DNA of 64,000 nt, from the NCBI GenBank assembly GCA_963575745.1, contig CAUYUJ010000238.1, forward strand, positions 1 through 64,000, given 5' to 3'. The DNA comes from Prorocentrum cordatum (taxonomy: Eukaryota). The translations under genes were made by a program, and so were the position numbers. Shown piece by piece: positions 12,534 to 23,249 of this stretch (position 1 is its first letter; each line of letters opens with the position of its first letter). Below the pieces are notes generated by a model. The model saw nothing but the letters and a program-made list of their open reading frames with translations, had not been told where the DNA came from and searched no databases.

Positions 12534-13231
12534 AGTTGGGCGTGTCCCTCTACAGGAGGAGTATTCGAAAATAGTCAAAAATTATCCCAGTGCGACCCTA
12601 CCTGGGAGTTGGAGCCCCTAGGAAAGCAGCATTAGTAGTAACAGTAAAGCTGAACTAGAGCTAAGCTAAAGCTAAGCTAAAGCTAGGCTAAAACTAAGCT
12701 CAAGCTAAACTAAAACTAAGCTAAAGCTAAGCTAAAGCTAAGCTAAAGTTAAGCTGAAGCGAAGCTAAAGCTAAGCTAAAGCGAAGCTAAAGCTAAGCTA
12801 AAGCTAAGTTAAAGCTAAGCTGAAGCTAAGTTAAAACTAAGCTAAAGCTAAGCTAAAGCTAAAGTAAAGCTAAGCTAAAGCTAAGCTAACGCTAAGCTAA
12901 AGCTAAGATACAACTAAGGTCAAGCTAAGGTAAAGCTAAGCTAACGCTAAGCTAAAGCTAAGCTAAAGCTAAGCTAAAGCTAAGCTAAAGCTAAGCTAAA
13001 GCTAAAGCTAAAGCTCCCAGGGGACTGGGGGGAACCGCTCCCAGGGGACGGGGGGAACCGCCCGGGGCGCTTTCCACTGCCCGGCCCCTTTAAGCTAGAG
13101 AGTAAGAACCCTTCTAGGCAGAGCCTAGGTAGGGAAATAGTCTGGGGATGATGTTTTTTTTATATGTATTGGGTATCTTTGGGTATTTTTTTTTTCGCCG
13201 AAAATCCGCCTGTAGGGGGACACGCCCAACC
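12534..13231. mobile_element. MITE family A copy carrying a nested satellite-filled element
   Basis: TIRs AGTTGGGCGTGTCCCTCTACAGG / CCTGTAGGGGGACACGCCCAACC; core interrupted at 12582-13134. Confidence 0.8.
12582..13134 (-). mobile_element. Non-autonomous Helentron/DINE-1-like element with an (AAGCTAAGCTA)n core, copy 1
   Basis: Asymmetric 11-bp subterminal IRs (CCCTACCTGGG 12596-12606 / CCTAGGTAGGG 13124-13134), terminal hairpin CTAGGC-AGA-GCCTAG, insertion in an A/T run with no visible TSD; second copy at 25218. Confidence 0.6.
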
Positions 13232-14180
13232 TGATGCCAGCAGGTTCGGGGGGCGGCCAAGAGGGGGGTTGATGACAGGGGGGGGGACCTCCTGGCCAGG
13301 GCCAGGATATCTGCCCCGACTTCGTGGGCCCCTTCTCCTGACTATGTCAGAGCGTCCCCGGCCCCCCCACCCCCCCGGGCCGCGCACGTGCCCAGGCCAT
13401 GATTCGCGACCTCCCTTGCCCTGGACGGCCCCGACAGATGCCCCACGGAGATTTCATATCCCCCGATGGCCCCCAGGGCCCACAGAAGCTCTGGGGCGCC
13501 TCCTCCTCCTCCTCCTCCTCCTCCTCCTCCTCCTCCTCCTCCTCCTCCTCCTCCTCCTCCCCCTTCCCCCTCCTCCTCCTCCTCCTCCTCCTCCTCCTCC
13601 TCCTCCTCCTCCTCCTCCTCCTCCTCCTCGTCCCTCCTCCTCCTCCGCCTCCTCCTCCTCCTCCTCCTCCTCCTCCTCCGCCTCCTCCTCCTCCTCCTCC
13701 TCCTCCTCCTACCTCCTCCTCCTCCTCCTCATCCCCCTCCTCCTGACCACCGCCGCCGCCCGGCGCCGCCCGCCTGTTCTTGTTCTCCTTCGCCGCCCCA
13801 GGCTCCGAGGGGCCCTGGCTCCGCCGGAGCCCCGCCGGGGGCGCGATCGGATGGGGGGGGGGGCGCGGCGGGCACGCGCGGGCCGCGGGGGGCACGTATC
13901 AGAGATCCTGGGGCACAGCATTAGGCGAGGAAAAGGAGGAGGAGGAGGAGGAGGAGGAGGAGAGAGGAGGAAAGGAGGAGGGAGGAGGAGGAGGAGGAGG
14001 AGGGGGACGGGGAGGAGGAGGAGGAGGAGGAGGAGGAGGAGGAGGAGGAGGAGGAGGAGGAGGAGGAGGAGGGGGAGGAGGAGGAGGTCGCCCGGGCCGC
14101 CGCCGCGGCACGCCGAGCACCAGATGCCGCGCTCGCCGCCCCCGCGCGCTGCGCGGGCCTGCGGCCGCCCCCCGCGGCAG

Positions 14181-14228
14181 GCCGTCGACGCGCTCGTCGA
14201 GCTGACCGGCCTCATGACCAGCGCCGAG
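14181..14228 (+). CDS. Candidate exon D (AVDALVELTGLMTSAE)
   Basis: ggcAG|G acceptor, GAG|GC donor, phase 0/0, all codons end in G/C. Confidence 0.55.
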
Positions 14229-14271
14229 GCTGGCCGCGGCGCGCTGAGCCTCGAGCTAGGCCGCGGGGGGC

Positions 14272-14472
14272 TTCGGGGGCGGCAAAGGGGGGGGGGGAGG
14301 ACCAGGCGGGGGTGGATCTCGCGGCGTGGGCCACGATGTTTCCCAGGCTTCCTGGCGCCCCTTCTCATTTCATCACGTCCCTGGTTTGTGCCTCCCTGGG
14401 CCGCGCACAGACCGCCAGCCATGGCTTGCACACCCCCCCTCTTGGACGCTCCCCTCTCTTGGCCGCCCCCCA
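14272..14472. mobile_element. GC-rich MITE-like element (GGGGGCGGC(C/A)AAG ends)
   Basis: Inverted ends; related pieces at about 13245-13433, 31500-31662 and 33036-33200. Confidence 0.5.
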
Positions 14473-15869
14473 GGGCTGGGGCACGGCGCGGCCGCCTCCG
14501 CAGCCCAGACCCCCTCGCGCTGTGAAGCAAAAATCGCGGCGGGAGGTTGTTCGCGAACTCCTTTCGGCCTCCGCGGGCCCGAACAGCCGGTCTCCCGGGA
14601 GGGGTCCAAGCTCCTGAGGCGCACGTCATGCAGAAGTCACGACGTCGGGGGTCTGGGAGTGCCGATTCGATCTGGCGCGGTTCGGTTCGCCAGCATCGGC
14701 TGGGGGCCAGCTGGAGCCAGGCGGGCGCGGCGGCCCGATGTCGCTCCGGCTCGGGGCGATCCGTCTCCGATCCGTTCCGAAGTCGCGAGTCGGTCCAGCC
14801 CAGGCTCGTCGGGGCAAAGCAGGGCCCAGGCCCGCTTCCAGAGCGGCCCAGGCCTTTCCCCGTGCCGTGTCTGGGCGGGGGCCCCACCCGAGCCAGCTCG
14901 GAGCTTGTCCCCGAGCGTCGCTCGGGCGTTTGGGCTTCGTGCTCTCTGCGCGCCTCCTCGCGGATCCGTGCGCTCCCCCTCGGGCCTGTGCAGGCCGCTC
15001 TGCGGAGCTGTGAGAGATTCGGTCGCTCGGCTCGCTCGCATGCCGTCTCTCAGAGGAGGAAGAGCCAGGCCGACCAACAAGTTCGCGTGCGTGGAGCTGT
15101 CCTGTGCGCTTACTGACCAGCACTGTCCCGAACGATTCCTGCTTTGGGCGCGTGTGCTACTCGGTCCGACTGCAGGGTTGTTGGTGATGCGTGTGGTTGT
15201 TCCGCTCTTTCTTTCGGGGGGCTGTCCTAATCAAGCTTGTGCGGGCCTTGTCCTTTCCAACGCTTGTTGGCTGTTGTCGAGGGTGCTTGGCGAGTCTCTA
15301 ACAATATCTGTTTTTCCCCAGATCGCCACTGAACAGCTAGATACGCAAACTTCCAATTTTGAGATGGGTTTCGCCCCTCGCAATTGTCGCAGACAGATTA
15401 CAGATGTGTCAGGGTCTCTTGGTGGATGGGCCCCCGCTCGCTTTTCAAGCACACTATTTCCGCTCGCCTTCGGCACATGCTCATATCTCACTCCTCCTTG
15501 TCTGCTCTTTGTTTCCCTTGTCCTCCTCATGTCCGGCATGCATAGAGGACGGTTCCATTGGTCTTCCCCCTCTGTGTTGCCCTTGCATCATCAAAGTATC
15601 CGCATGTCTTGCTCTGTATCCGCATAACCTCCTCTGCTATCCAGATGGCTTCCTCTGCATCCGGATGGATTCCTCTGTTATTCCAATGGGTTATTGTGGT
15701 CTTCCCAAGTCGTCAAAGCTATCCGAATGGCTGCCTCTGTATCCACATGGTTTCCTCTTGTGTCCGCATGGCTTCCTCTGCTGTGTCCGCATGGCTTCCT
15801 CTGTTACTCCAATGACTGATTGTGGCTATTCTGATGGCGTCCCAGCCGTCGTCCAACAGTCGTAAGCTC

Positions 15870-16505
15870 ACAAGTAGAGTAGAATAGAGTAGAGTAGAGC
15901 AGAGAAGATTTGAGCAGAGATGTGTAGATGGATATAATACAGCAGAATAAAGCAGAGTAGAGTAGAGCATAATAGAGCAACATAGAGAAGAGGAAAGAAG
16001 AGGAGAGGAGACGAGAGGAGAGCAAAAGAAGGGTAGAGGAGGTGAGAGGAGAGTAGCGTGGGGTAGTGTAGGGCAGGGTAGGGTAGAGTAGAGTAGGGTA
16101 GAGCAAAGCAGATTAGAGCAGAGCACTGTAGATGCTAGAGTAGAGTCATGTAGAATAGGGTAGGTCGAGCAGAGTAGAGTGGAGTAGCGTAGAGTAGAGC
16201 AGCGCAGAAGAGAGCACATTGGAGTAGCAGGAGTAGAGTAGAGAAGAGCAGAGCCGAGTAGAATAAGAGTCGAGTAAAGTAGAGTGGAGCAGCAGAAGAG
16301 TATAGTTAAGTTCAGTAGAGAAGAGTAGAGTAGAGCAGGGTTGTGCAGGGTAGACTAGAGCAGCGCAGAGTAGAGCAGAGTAGAGTAGATGGTATATTAG
16401 ACTAGAGTCGAGTCGGTCGAAGATAACAGAGAAGAGTAGATTAGATTGGAGTAGAGTCCACCCCAGTAAGGTCCAGTCTACTGCAGTCAACTACAGTCTA
16501 CTTCA
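15870..16505. repeat. Degenerate (AGAGT)n pentamer array
   Basis: Runs of agagtagagtagagc. Confidence 0.85.
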
Positions 16506-17066
16506 CTCTAGTATTTTGATATGTTTGAAAACTGCGCTGGCTGGTATTCCTGCTGACCATTTTTTATGCTGGCTCTGATTCCGACTTTGAGTTGTGTTTG
16601 TTGCGATATTTTGTTGCACCCATCCCTCGCTTCGCATTATGATATTACTGAACGCCATGCGCAGTACATGTGGCTTCCTTTGTCCGTCATACTTTGTGGG
16701 GCCGGCTGATAGCGAAAACATGTTATGATTTTAGATGTTGCGGTCGCAGCAAACTTCTTTCGCGCCGTCAAAACAGTGCGGTTCAGGGTCCGGTTCAAAT
16801 CGACGACAGCAGTTTGAGCGGGTCTTGCGAGGTCCGATTCGTAGTAGCCATCGATGTGGACCAGAACGTGGTATAAAATGCAGGTGAGCCCCGAAGCCTG
16901 CAGCTGGATCGGTTTTGAGTCTTTTGTCCCATAACTTCGGTGATCCGTCTTGCTCGCCGATGGGAGGCTTGGGCTGGGCTTGGGGATCCCTGGCGTTTCG
17001 AAGTTCTCAGAGCGTGTTCTGTAAGCCGAGAGCCCTCGACAATTCCTAGCGCCTCGCAAGAAGAGG

Positions 17067-17067
<1 letters not shown>

Positions 17068-17116
<49 letters not shown>

Positions 17117-17123
17117 CAATCAC

Positions 17124-17164
<41 letters not shown>

Positions 17165-17356
17165 CCATCATCATCACCATCATCATAAGGGGCTTTCGCC
17201 CAGGAACTGCACCATTCGCGCGCCGCTTGCAGGGCGGGGGTCCTTGGCCCGGTCTCTCTGGCCATGGCGTCTCGTTGCACGCTCGCATCATTACGAAAAT
17301 CATCATTATAAGCATCATCACAAGCATCAGTACCATCATCAACATCACACCATCAC

Positions 17357-17400
<44 letters not shown>

Positions 17401-17407
17401 CAATCAC

Positions 17408-17445
<38 letters not shown>

Positions 17446-17625
17446 CCATCATCATAAGGGGCTTTCGCCCAGGAACTGCACCATTCGCGCGCCGCTTGCA
17501 GGGCGGGGGTCCTTGGCCCGGTCTCTCTGGCCATGGCGTCTCGTTGCACGCTCGCATCATTACGAAAATCATCATTATAAGCATCATCACAAGCATCAGT
17601 ACCATCATCAACATCACACCATCAC

Positions 17626-17660
<35 letters not shown>

Positions 17661-17687
17661 CCACCATCATCATCATCATCATCATCG

Positions 17688-17723
<36 letters not shown>

Positions 17724-18315
17724 TCGCCATCATCGCCATCATCATCAGCAGCATCATCATCAGCATCATCATCATCAGCACTATCATCAACATAAACATC
17801 AAGAGTAGCATCATCATCATTTCCATCATCATCATCAAATCAGCATCACCATCATCAGCATCATCATCATCATCAGCACTATCATCAACATCAACATCAA
17901 CAGCAGCATCATCGCGAGGGCTGCGCCGTTCGCGCGTCCTACGGGCCCGCCAGCAGGCCCTGGGAGGGATCCTTGGCCACGTCCCTCTGACCAGGGCGTC
18001 TTGTCGCACTCCTGCATCCTCATGATGTTCATTATCATCAGCAGCATCATCATAATCAGCAGCAGCACCATCATCAGCATCATCATCATCATCATCATCG
18101 TCATCATCCTCATCATCCTTATCATCCTCATCCCCATCACCATCACCATCATCATCGTCGTCGCAGGTGGCGTCGAGATCGTCATCGTCATCAGCATCGC
18201 CGTCGTCGTCATCATCTGCAGCAGCATCATCCTCATCATCATCAGCATAAACAGCCTTATCATCAGCATAATCGTCATCCCACCATCCGCAGCATCCTCC
18301 TCCTCCTCCTCCTCC

Positions 18316-18359
<44 letters not shown>

Positions 18360-19042
18360 GTTATCAGCATCATGATCATCATCATCATCATCATCATCAT
18401 CATTATCAGCATTGTCATCATCGTCGGCATTATCATCAGCACCATCATTATCATGATCATCATCATCATCCGCATCATCATTATTGCCGCCGTCATCATC
18501 ATCATCATCATCATCATCAGCAGTATCATCATCGTCGTCCTCATCGTCATCCTCATCGTCATCGTCATCGTCGTCATCATTATCGACGTTGCAAGCGTCA
18601 TCAACATGGTCATCTTCATCATCAGAAACAGCATCAGCAGCAGCATCATCAACACCATCATTGTCGGCGTCATAGTAATCGCCGACAGTACCATCAGCAT
18701 CATCAACGTCATCATCATCATCATCGTCGTCATCATCGTCATCATCATCATCATCGTCGTCAGCATCATCATCTTCGCCATCACCATCATCATCGTCATC
18801 AGCATTATCGGTATCACCATGATTCGCACTATCAACAGCAGTAGCATCAGCAGCATCATCATCATCATCACCATCACCATCACCGTTATCGTCATCAGCA
18901 TCGTCATCATCATCACCACCATGGTCGCAATCATACTAATCAGCAGTCGCATCCGAATCAGCATCCTTATAAGCATCATCGTCATCGTCGTCATCATACC
19001 CATGATCACCACCATCACAATTTGCATAACGATCACCATCAT
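17068..19042. repeat. (CAT)n field containing a 269-bp tandem duplication
   Basis: CATCATAAGGGGCTTTCGCCCAGG at 17181 and 17450; a diverged third unit lies near 17920-18020. Confidence 0.9.
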
Positions 19043-20416
19043 TCGTGGCCACCTTCGGCGACACAAGCCTGGCTCACGGGCGCCCTTCGCACGCGGGAGC
19101 CCCGTCCAGCCGCAATGCTTCACATGGGTCGGCGACCGGGTCGAAGTCGGCGAACTGGTCGAGGGCCGTTGCCTGTGCGCTGCGAGGCTCAGCCAGGAGC
19201 TCCGCCAGGCGCCAAGACGGCCCAAGCCGCGCTGCCCACGAGGCGACTCCAGGCCCCCAACAGCGTCCCCAGGTGGCCCTGGCAGCGCTGGCTGGCCTCA
19301 ACAGGCCCCCCGAGCCCCGCGCAGTGAGAAACGCCGGCTCCCGGCAGTCTGTGTTGCGCGGCGACGGCGAGGGCGAAAGAGAGAACGAGAAGCAACCGGA
19401 CGACGGCGAGCGCGCGGGCGGGAGGCGAGAGGGCCGGCGGGTTCAAGCAGGCGGGCTGCCAGGTGCCAGGGCCATTGGCTCCCGCGCCGAGCAGGCGGCG
19501 AGAGGCGCCCGGCAGACTCGGGTGCTGGATCGGCGCTGCTGGCGTGTACTTGGCCGAAGGACACCCTCGCCGCCGATCGCACGGACTCGTCGAGGCCCCA
19601 CGGCAAGGCGGGGTCCGCGAGAGGCACGCCACGCTCATGGAGGACGCCCGCGGGCGGTCGTGCAGCCAGGGGGCCATCCTCTTGCGTCAGGGCCGCATCG
19701 CCTTCTGCGGGCGGGCACCCACGTCGCTTGCCAGGCGCGCGGGCCCACTGGATCCAAGTGGGGCGGCGGGAGTACGACTGAGTTGTGCGACTCCAACGCG
19801 TTCGCCAGCGAATCGAACCAACGTTAGCTCTGGGTCGTGTGCTTCGCAACTGTGACCCGCACAAGCCATCGGCTCTGATCGGACATTGGATTGATTTGCA
19901 TGTCGGAGGTGAAGAGAGTGCAGCTGGTTGGGCTTCCCGAAGCTGTAGCTTCCCATATAGTCTCGGGGGTCCCCCTTGCTCGATGGAAGACGCCTTGGGC
20001 CTGTGGCCTCTGGTGTTTGAACGCTTTCAGAGTGATCTCTCAATGCTCAGGAGGGAAAAAAACACACAGACACAATTAATCGACGATCCCCAGGAAAATA
20101 TGGGAAAATATGGGAAGTGGGGGGGAAGACAGAAACCCAGAAAATATGGGAAAATATGGGGACTATTTTTATTTGTGTGTATTTATTTGTGTGTCCTAAT
20201 TTCCCTTTAAATGCCAGGGTCTGCGACCGTGCCCTCAGCGCCGCATTGGCACAAAGCCTGGAAGCCCGCCGGCGCACGGCGGCCAAGGCCGAGGTGCCGC
20301 GCAGCGACAGGTGCCTGCAGCGGGAATGCGCGGGCACTTGCTCCGACCGCAGGAGCGCTGGGTCAGCATCGCCGGCAGCAGCACCATCGCCGCCACCGCC
20401 GCCGTCGTCCCCATGT

Positions 20417-20436
20417 GTAGCCCCGTTGGGCTCAAG
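20417..20436 (+). other. Relict dinoflagellate spliced leader (DinoSL-like)
   Basis: GTAGCC-CCGTTG-GGCTCAAG versus the DinoSL 3' part GTAGCC-ATTTT-GGCTCAAG. It lies 33 nt upstream of the ATG of an intronless gene. Confidence 0.65.
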
Positions 20437-20469
20437 GCAGGACGCCGCCAGGTCAGCTCTACTGCCCCC

Positions 20470-22020
20470 ATGGCTGTGGGCGCCACCGCCATCGCTGACC
20501 CCAGCAGGCGTGGGAGAAGGTCCCTGGCGGCCGCGCTGTCGCTGCTGGCACCGCTGGTCGCGCTGCGCGGGCCTGTCGCGCTCGTTGGCGGGGCCCCACC
20601 CCCGGCCCGCTGCGCCAGGCCCGGGCGGGCGGCATCGGCAGCGGACCGCACCGGCTCTCGCCTGGAGGCTCTGCGGGTGGCCGTGGTGGGCGCGGGGCCG
20701 TCGGGGCTCCTGCTGGCGCACCGCCTGCTGGCGGCCGGTGCCACGGTCGACGTGTTCGAGGGGCGCTCCGACCCGCGGGGCAGCGAGGCGGCGTTGGAGG
20801 GCCGCGCGTACGCCCTCGGCCTGGGCATCCGCGGGCGCACGGCGATCCGCACCGCTGGGGACGACCTGTGGGACAGCATCAAGCCCAAGGGCTACGGCAG
20901 CGAGAGGTTCCAGCTGCACCTGCCCTTCGGCCCCGTGGACCTGAGGACACCAGAGGATGGCGACGGGCTGGAGCCGAGCCTGCTCATCTACCAGAGCGAC
21001 CTCTGCGGGGCGATGCTGGATCAGCTGGAGAGGCGCTACGCCTCCTCCGGGCGGCTGCGGACTTGCTTCGGGGCGAATGTGAAGTCGGTGGACGTGGCTG
21101 CCGGAACGGTGACACTCTCAGAGCCAGATGGTGGCAGCAACATGTTCGGGCCGGTTGACATCGTCGCGGGTTGCGACGGCGTCAATTCAGTGGTGCGGGC
21201 CAGCGTGGAACAGGCTTGCTTTGGATTCACCGTGCAGAAGAAGCCGCTGCCAGGTTTCCTCAAGGTCTTGCGGTTCCCAAAGATGCCGACTGCCTTGGAA
21301 CCTACGGCCGTGCACGCCATCCCTGGCAAGGGCGGCTCGTCCGCTTTCATAGAGCCCACAGCGTTTGGCGCCTGCGCCCTCATCAACTGGCGCGACTCTC
21401 CGACAGAGCCAGACGCGGCCGAAAAGGGCAAGGGCGTGGACTGGAACAAGCTCGACGGCCCCGCGGAGGCGCGCGAGGCGCTGCGTAGCGCTTTCCCGCT
21501 GCTGGATGACGTGCTGGACGACGAGGCCGGCAGGCAGTTCGTCCAGCAGCAGCCCTCGAAGTCCGCCACTCTCAAGTGCAACACCTACCACCACGCCAAG
21601 GCTGTCCTGCTTGGGGACGCGGCCCACTCCACCGGGGGGGCCAGCGGCCAGGGCTGCAACTCGGCGCTGCAGGACGCCGCGGTGCTGGCGGACTTGCTGA
21701 TCGACGGCCCAGGCGACGTCTCGGGGGCCCTGAGGCGCTACTCTCTGCAGAGGGTGCCCGAGGGCCAGGCACTGCTCGAGCTGTCCCTGGGGCCGGGCGA
21801 AGACGTGAGCCCTCCGCAGCGCGTTCTCTACGGCCTGGCCCAGGCGGTAGGCAACGTGCTGAGCCGCTTCGGCATCGGCGAGCAGACGATGCAGACGAAG
21901 CTCACGACCACGCTCACTCCGGTTGCCCAGATCAGGCGCGAGCGCGATTTTTATTTTGGCAATTTTCCTTCCGACAAGGAGTTTGAGCAGTCCATCGTTG
22001 CCCTGGAGGCCAGCGGATAG
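20470..22020 (+). CDS. FAD-dependent monooxygenase, kynurenine 3-monooxygenase-like (class A flavoprotein hydroxylase), intronless, 516 aa, possible N-terminal organelle-targeting extension
   Basis: Uninterrupted ORF with GC3-rich codons. Rossmann motif RVAVVGAGPSGLLLAHRL..VDVFE, KMO-like GRAYALGLGIRGRTAI, DG motif DIVAGCDGVNSVVR and GD motif VLLGDAAHSTGGASGQGCNSALQDA. The ATG at 20470 is preferred over 20311 because it is the first ATG after the relict SL. Confidence 0.88.
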   Translation: MAVGATAIADPSRRGRRSLAAALSLLAPLVALRGPVALVGGAPPPARCARPGRAASAADRTGSRLEALRVAVVGAGPSGLLLAHRLLAAGATVDVFEGRSDPRGSEAALEGRAYALGLGIRGRTAIRTAGDDLWDSIKPKGYGSERFQLHLPFGPVDLRTPEDGDGLEPSLLIYQSDLCGAMLDQLERRYASSGRLRTCFGANVKSVDVAAGTVTLSEPDGGSNMFGPVDIVAGCDGVNSVVRASVEQACFGFTVQKKPLPGFLKVLRFPKMPTALEPTAVHAIPGKGGSSAFIEPTAFGACALINWRDSPTEPDAAEKGKGVDWNKLDGPAEAREALRSAFPLLDDVLDDEAGRQFVQQQPSKSATLKCNTYHHAKAVLLGDAAHSTGGASGQGCNSALQDAAVLADLLIDGPGDVSGALRRYSLQRVPEGQALLELSLGPGEDVSPPQRVLYGLAQAVGNVLSRFGIGEQTMQTKLTTTLTPVAQIRRERDFYFGNFPSDKEFEQSIVALEASG

Positions 22021-23249
22021 CGCGCAGTGAAGGAAGGCGGAGAGGGGGCGTTCTCGAAGCAGGGCTGCTTCTCTCTTCATCCCTCTCCTCCTCCTCCTGT
22101 TCCCCTGCTAGTCTATCTCAGACAGACAGACATTTTCGGCAGCGCTCGCTCGCACGGAAAAATCAAGACGCCCCCCCTGCTTGGAGCATCCTATGCAACA
22201 GCGGTGGGTGAAACGGTGGCCTCCTTGCCCCAGGACAACTTTTTTTAAGTTCTAGGGCACGGCGGCGTTTTCTAGCACAGTGTGTTCAGAGCAGCCCGCG
22301 CATTCGCAGGCGGTTCGGAAGGCTTCCAGATTGTGTGATTCCTCCCAGGCCAGACCACAGATCAGCCATTCCTCTAAAGGGTGGCTCTACGACTGTGCCA
22401 TGATGCGGATTGGCCAAAGAGGCCACGCGGGGCGCTCCGGCAAGGGCCTCGCCCTCGAGGGAGGGCAGGCGTCGACCCGGTCTTCTCCTCGGCGGGAGGC
22501 CGGCGGAGGCAAGAGGGGGGCGGCTCCGCGCCGCACTCACAGGAGGAGGAGGAGGAGGAGGAGGAGGAGGAGGAGGAGGGGGAGGAGGAGGAGGAGGAGG
22601 AGGAGGAGGAGGAGGAGGAGGAGGAGGAGGAGGAGGGGGAGGAGGAGGAGGAGGGGGAGGAGGAGGAGGAGGAGGAGGAGGAGGAGGAGGAGGAGGAGGA
22701 GGGGCGGAAGCGGGCGGACGTGACAAGGTCGTCTCTCGTCTCTGAGAGATGGGCCGCCTTGGAGGGGTTCCGGGTCTCTGGGCGCGCCCGCGCGAGCGAC
22801 GGCAGCAAGCGAAGGGCCGTCGTCGCCGACACCGGCCGCGCAGGCGGGCCCGCGCGAGGTCGCGCGGGGGCGCCCTTCGTTTCCGCTGGTGGCCCGACGC
22901 GCTGGCGGCCTGCGTGAGCCACCGCGCAGGGTCGCTGTGCCAGCTCGCGCTAGGCCCACTGCGTTGTCCGCCGCTCGCGCGGAGGGGGGGCGGTGAGCGG
23001 CTCCTCCCCGCGGCCCCTCCGCGGCCCGGCCCGCGCCCCGCTCTCCTCCCCGCCGCCGCTCCGGCACGCGTGGGCTCCGCGGGGGTCCGCTCGTCCCGCT
23101 CGGGCCCGTGCAGGCCGCCTCGCGGAGGAACTCGAGTGCCTCCTGCAGCCCCCGCGGGCAGGGGGAGGGGGGGGGACAAACGAACCTGGCGCGACCCCAA
23201 TCCGGGTAGAGCTTCCTGCCGCAGGGGCGAATTCTTGGGCGCCGTTTGG

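Noticed and set aside
12650..13015. Telomeric repeat
   Set aside because: The unit is AAGCTAAGCTA, not TTTAGGG-like, and it is internal to a dispersed element.
19471..19481. GCCATTGGCTC as a second relict SL
   Set aside because: The match is too short; GCCATTGGCT also occurs at about 4413 and 6529 with no associated gene.
20311..20469. Longer 569-aa version of the monooxygenase
   Set aside because: The track's start at 20311 is not an ATG, and the extension reads through the relict SL. The ATG at 20470 is more plausible, though upstream in-frame ATGs cannot be excluded.
21187..22080. 297-aa antisense ORF overlapping the monooxygenase
   Set aside because: A typical shadow ORF caused by high GC3 on the coding strand.
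23114..23161. Possible exon RLAEELECLLQPPR (the minus strand also reads EALEFLREAACTG)
   Set aside because: The acceptor is plausible, but donor, phase and strand are ambiguous, so it was not listed as a feature.
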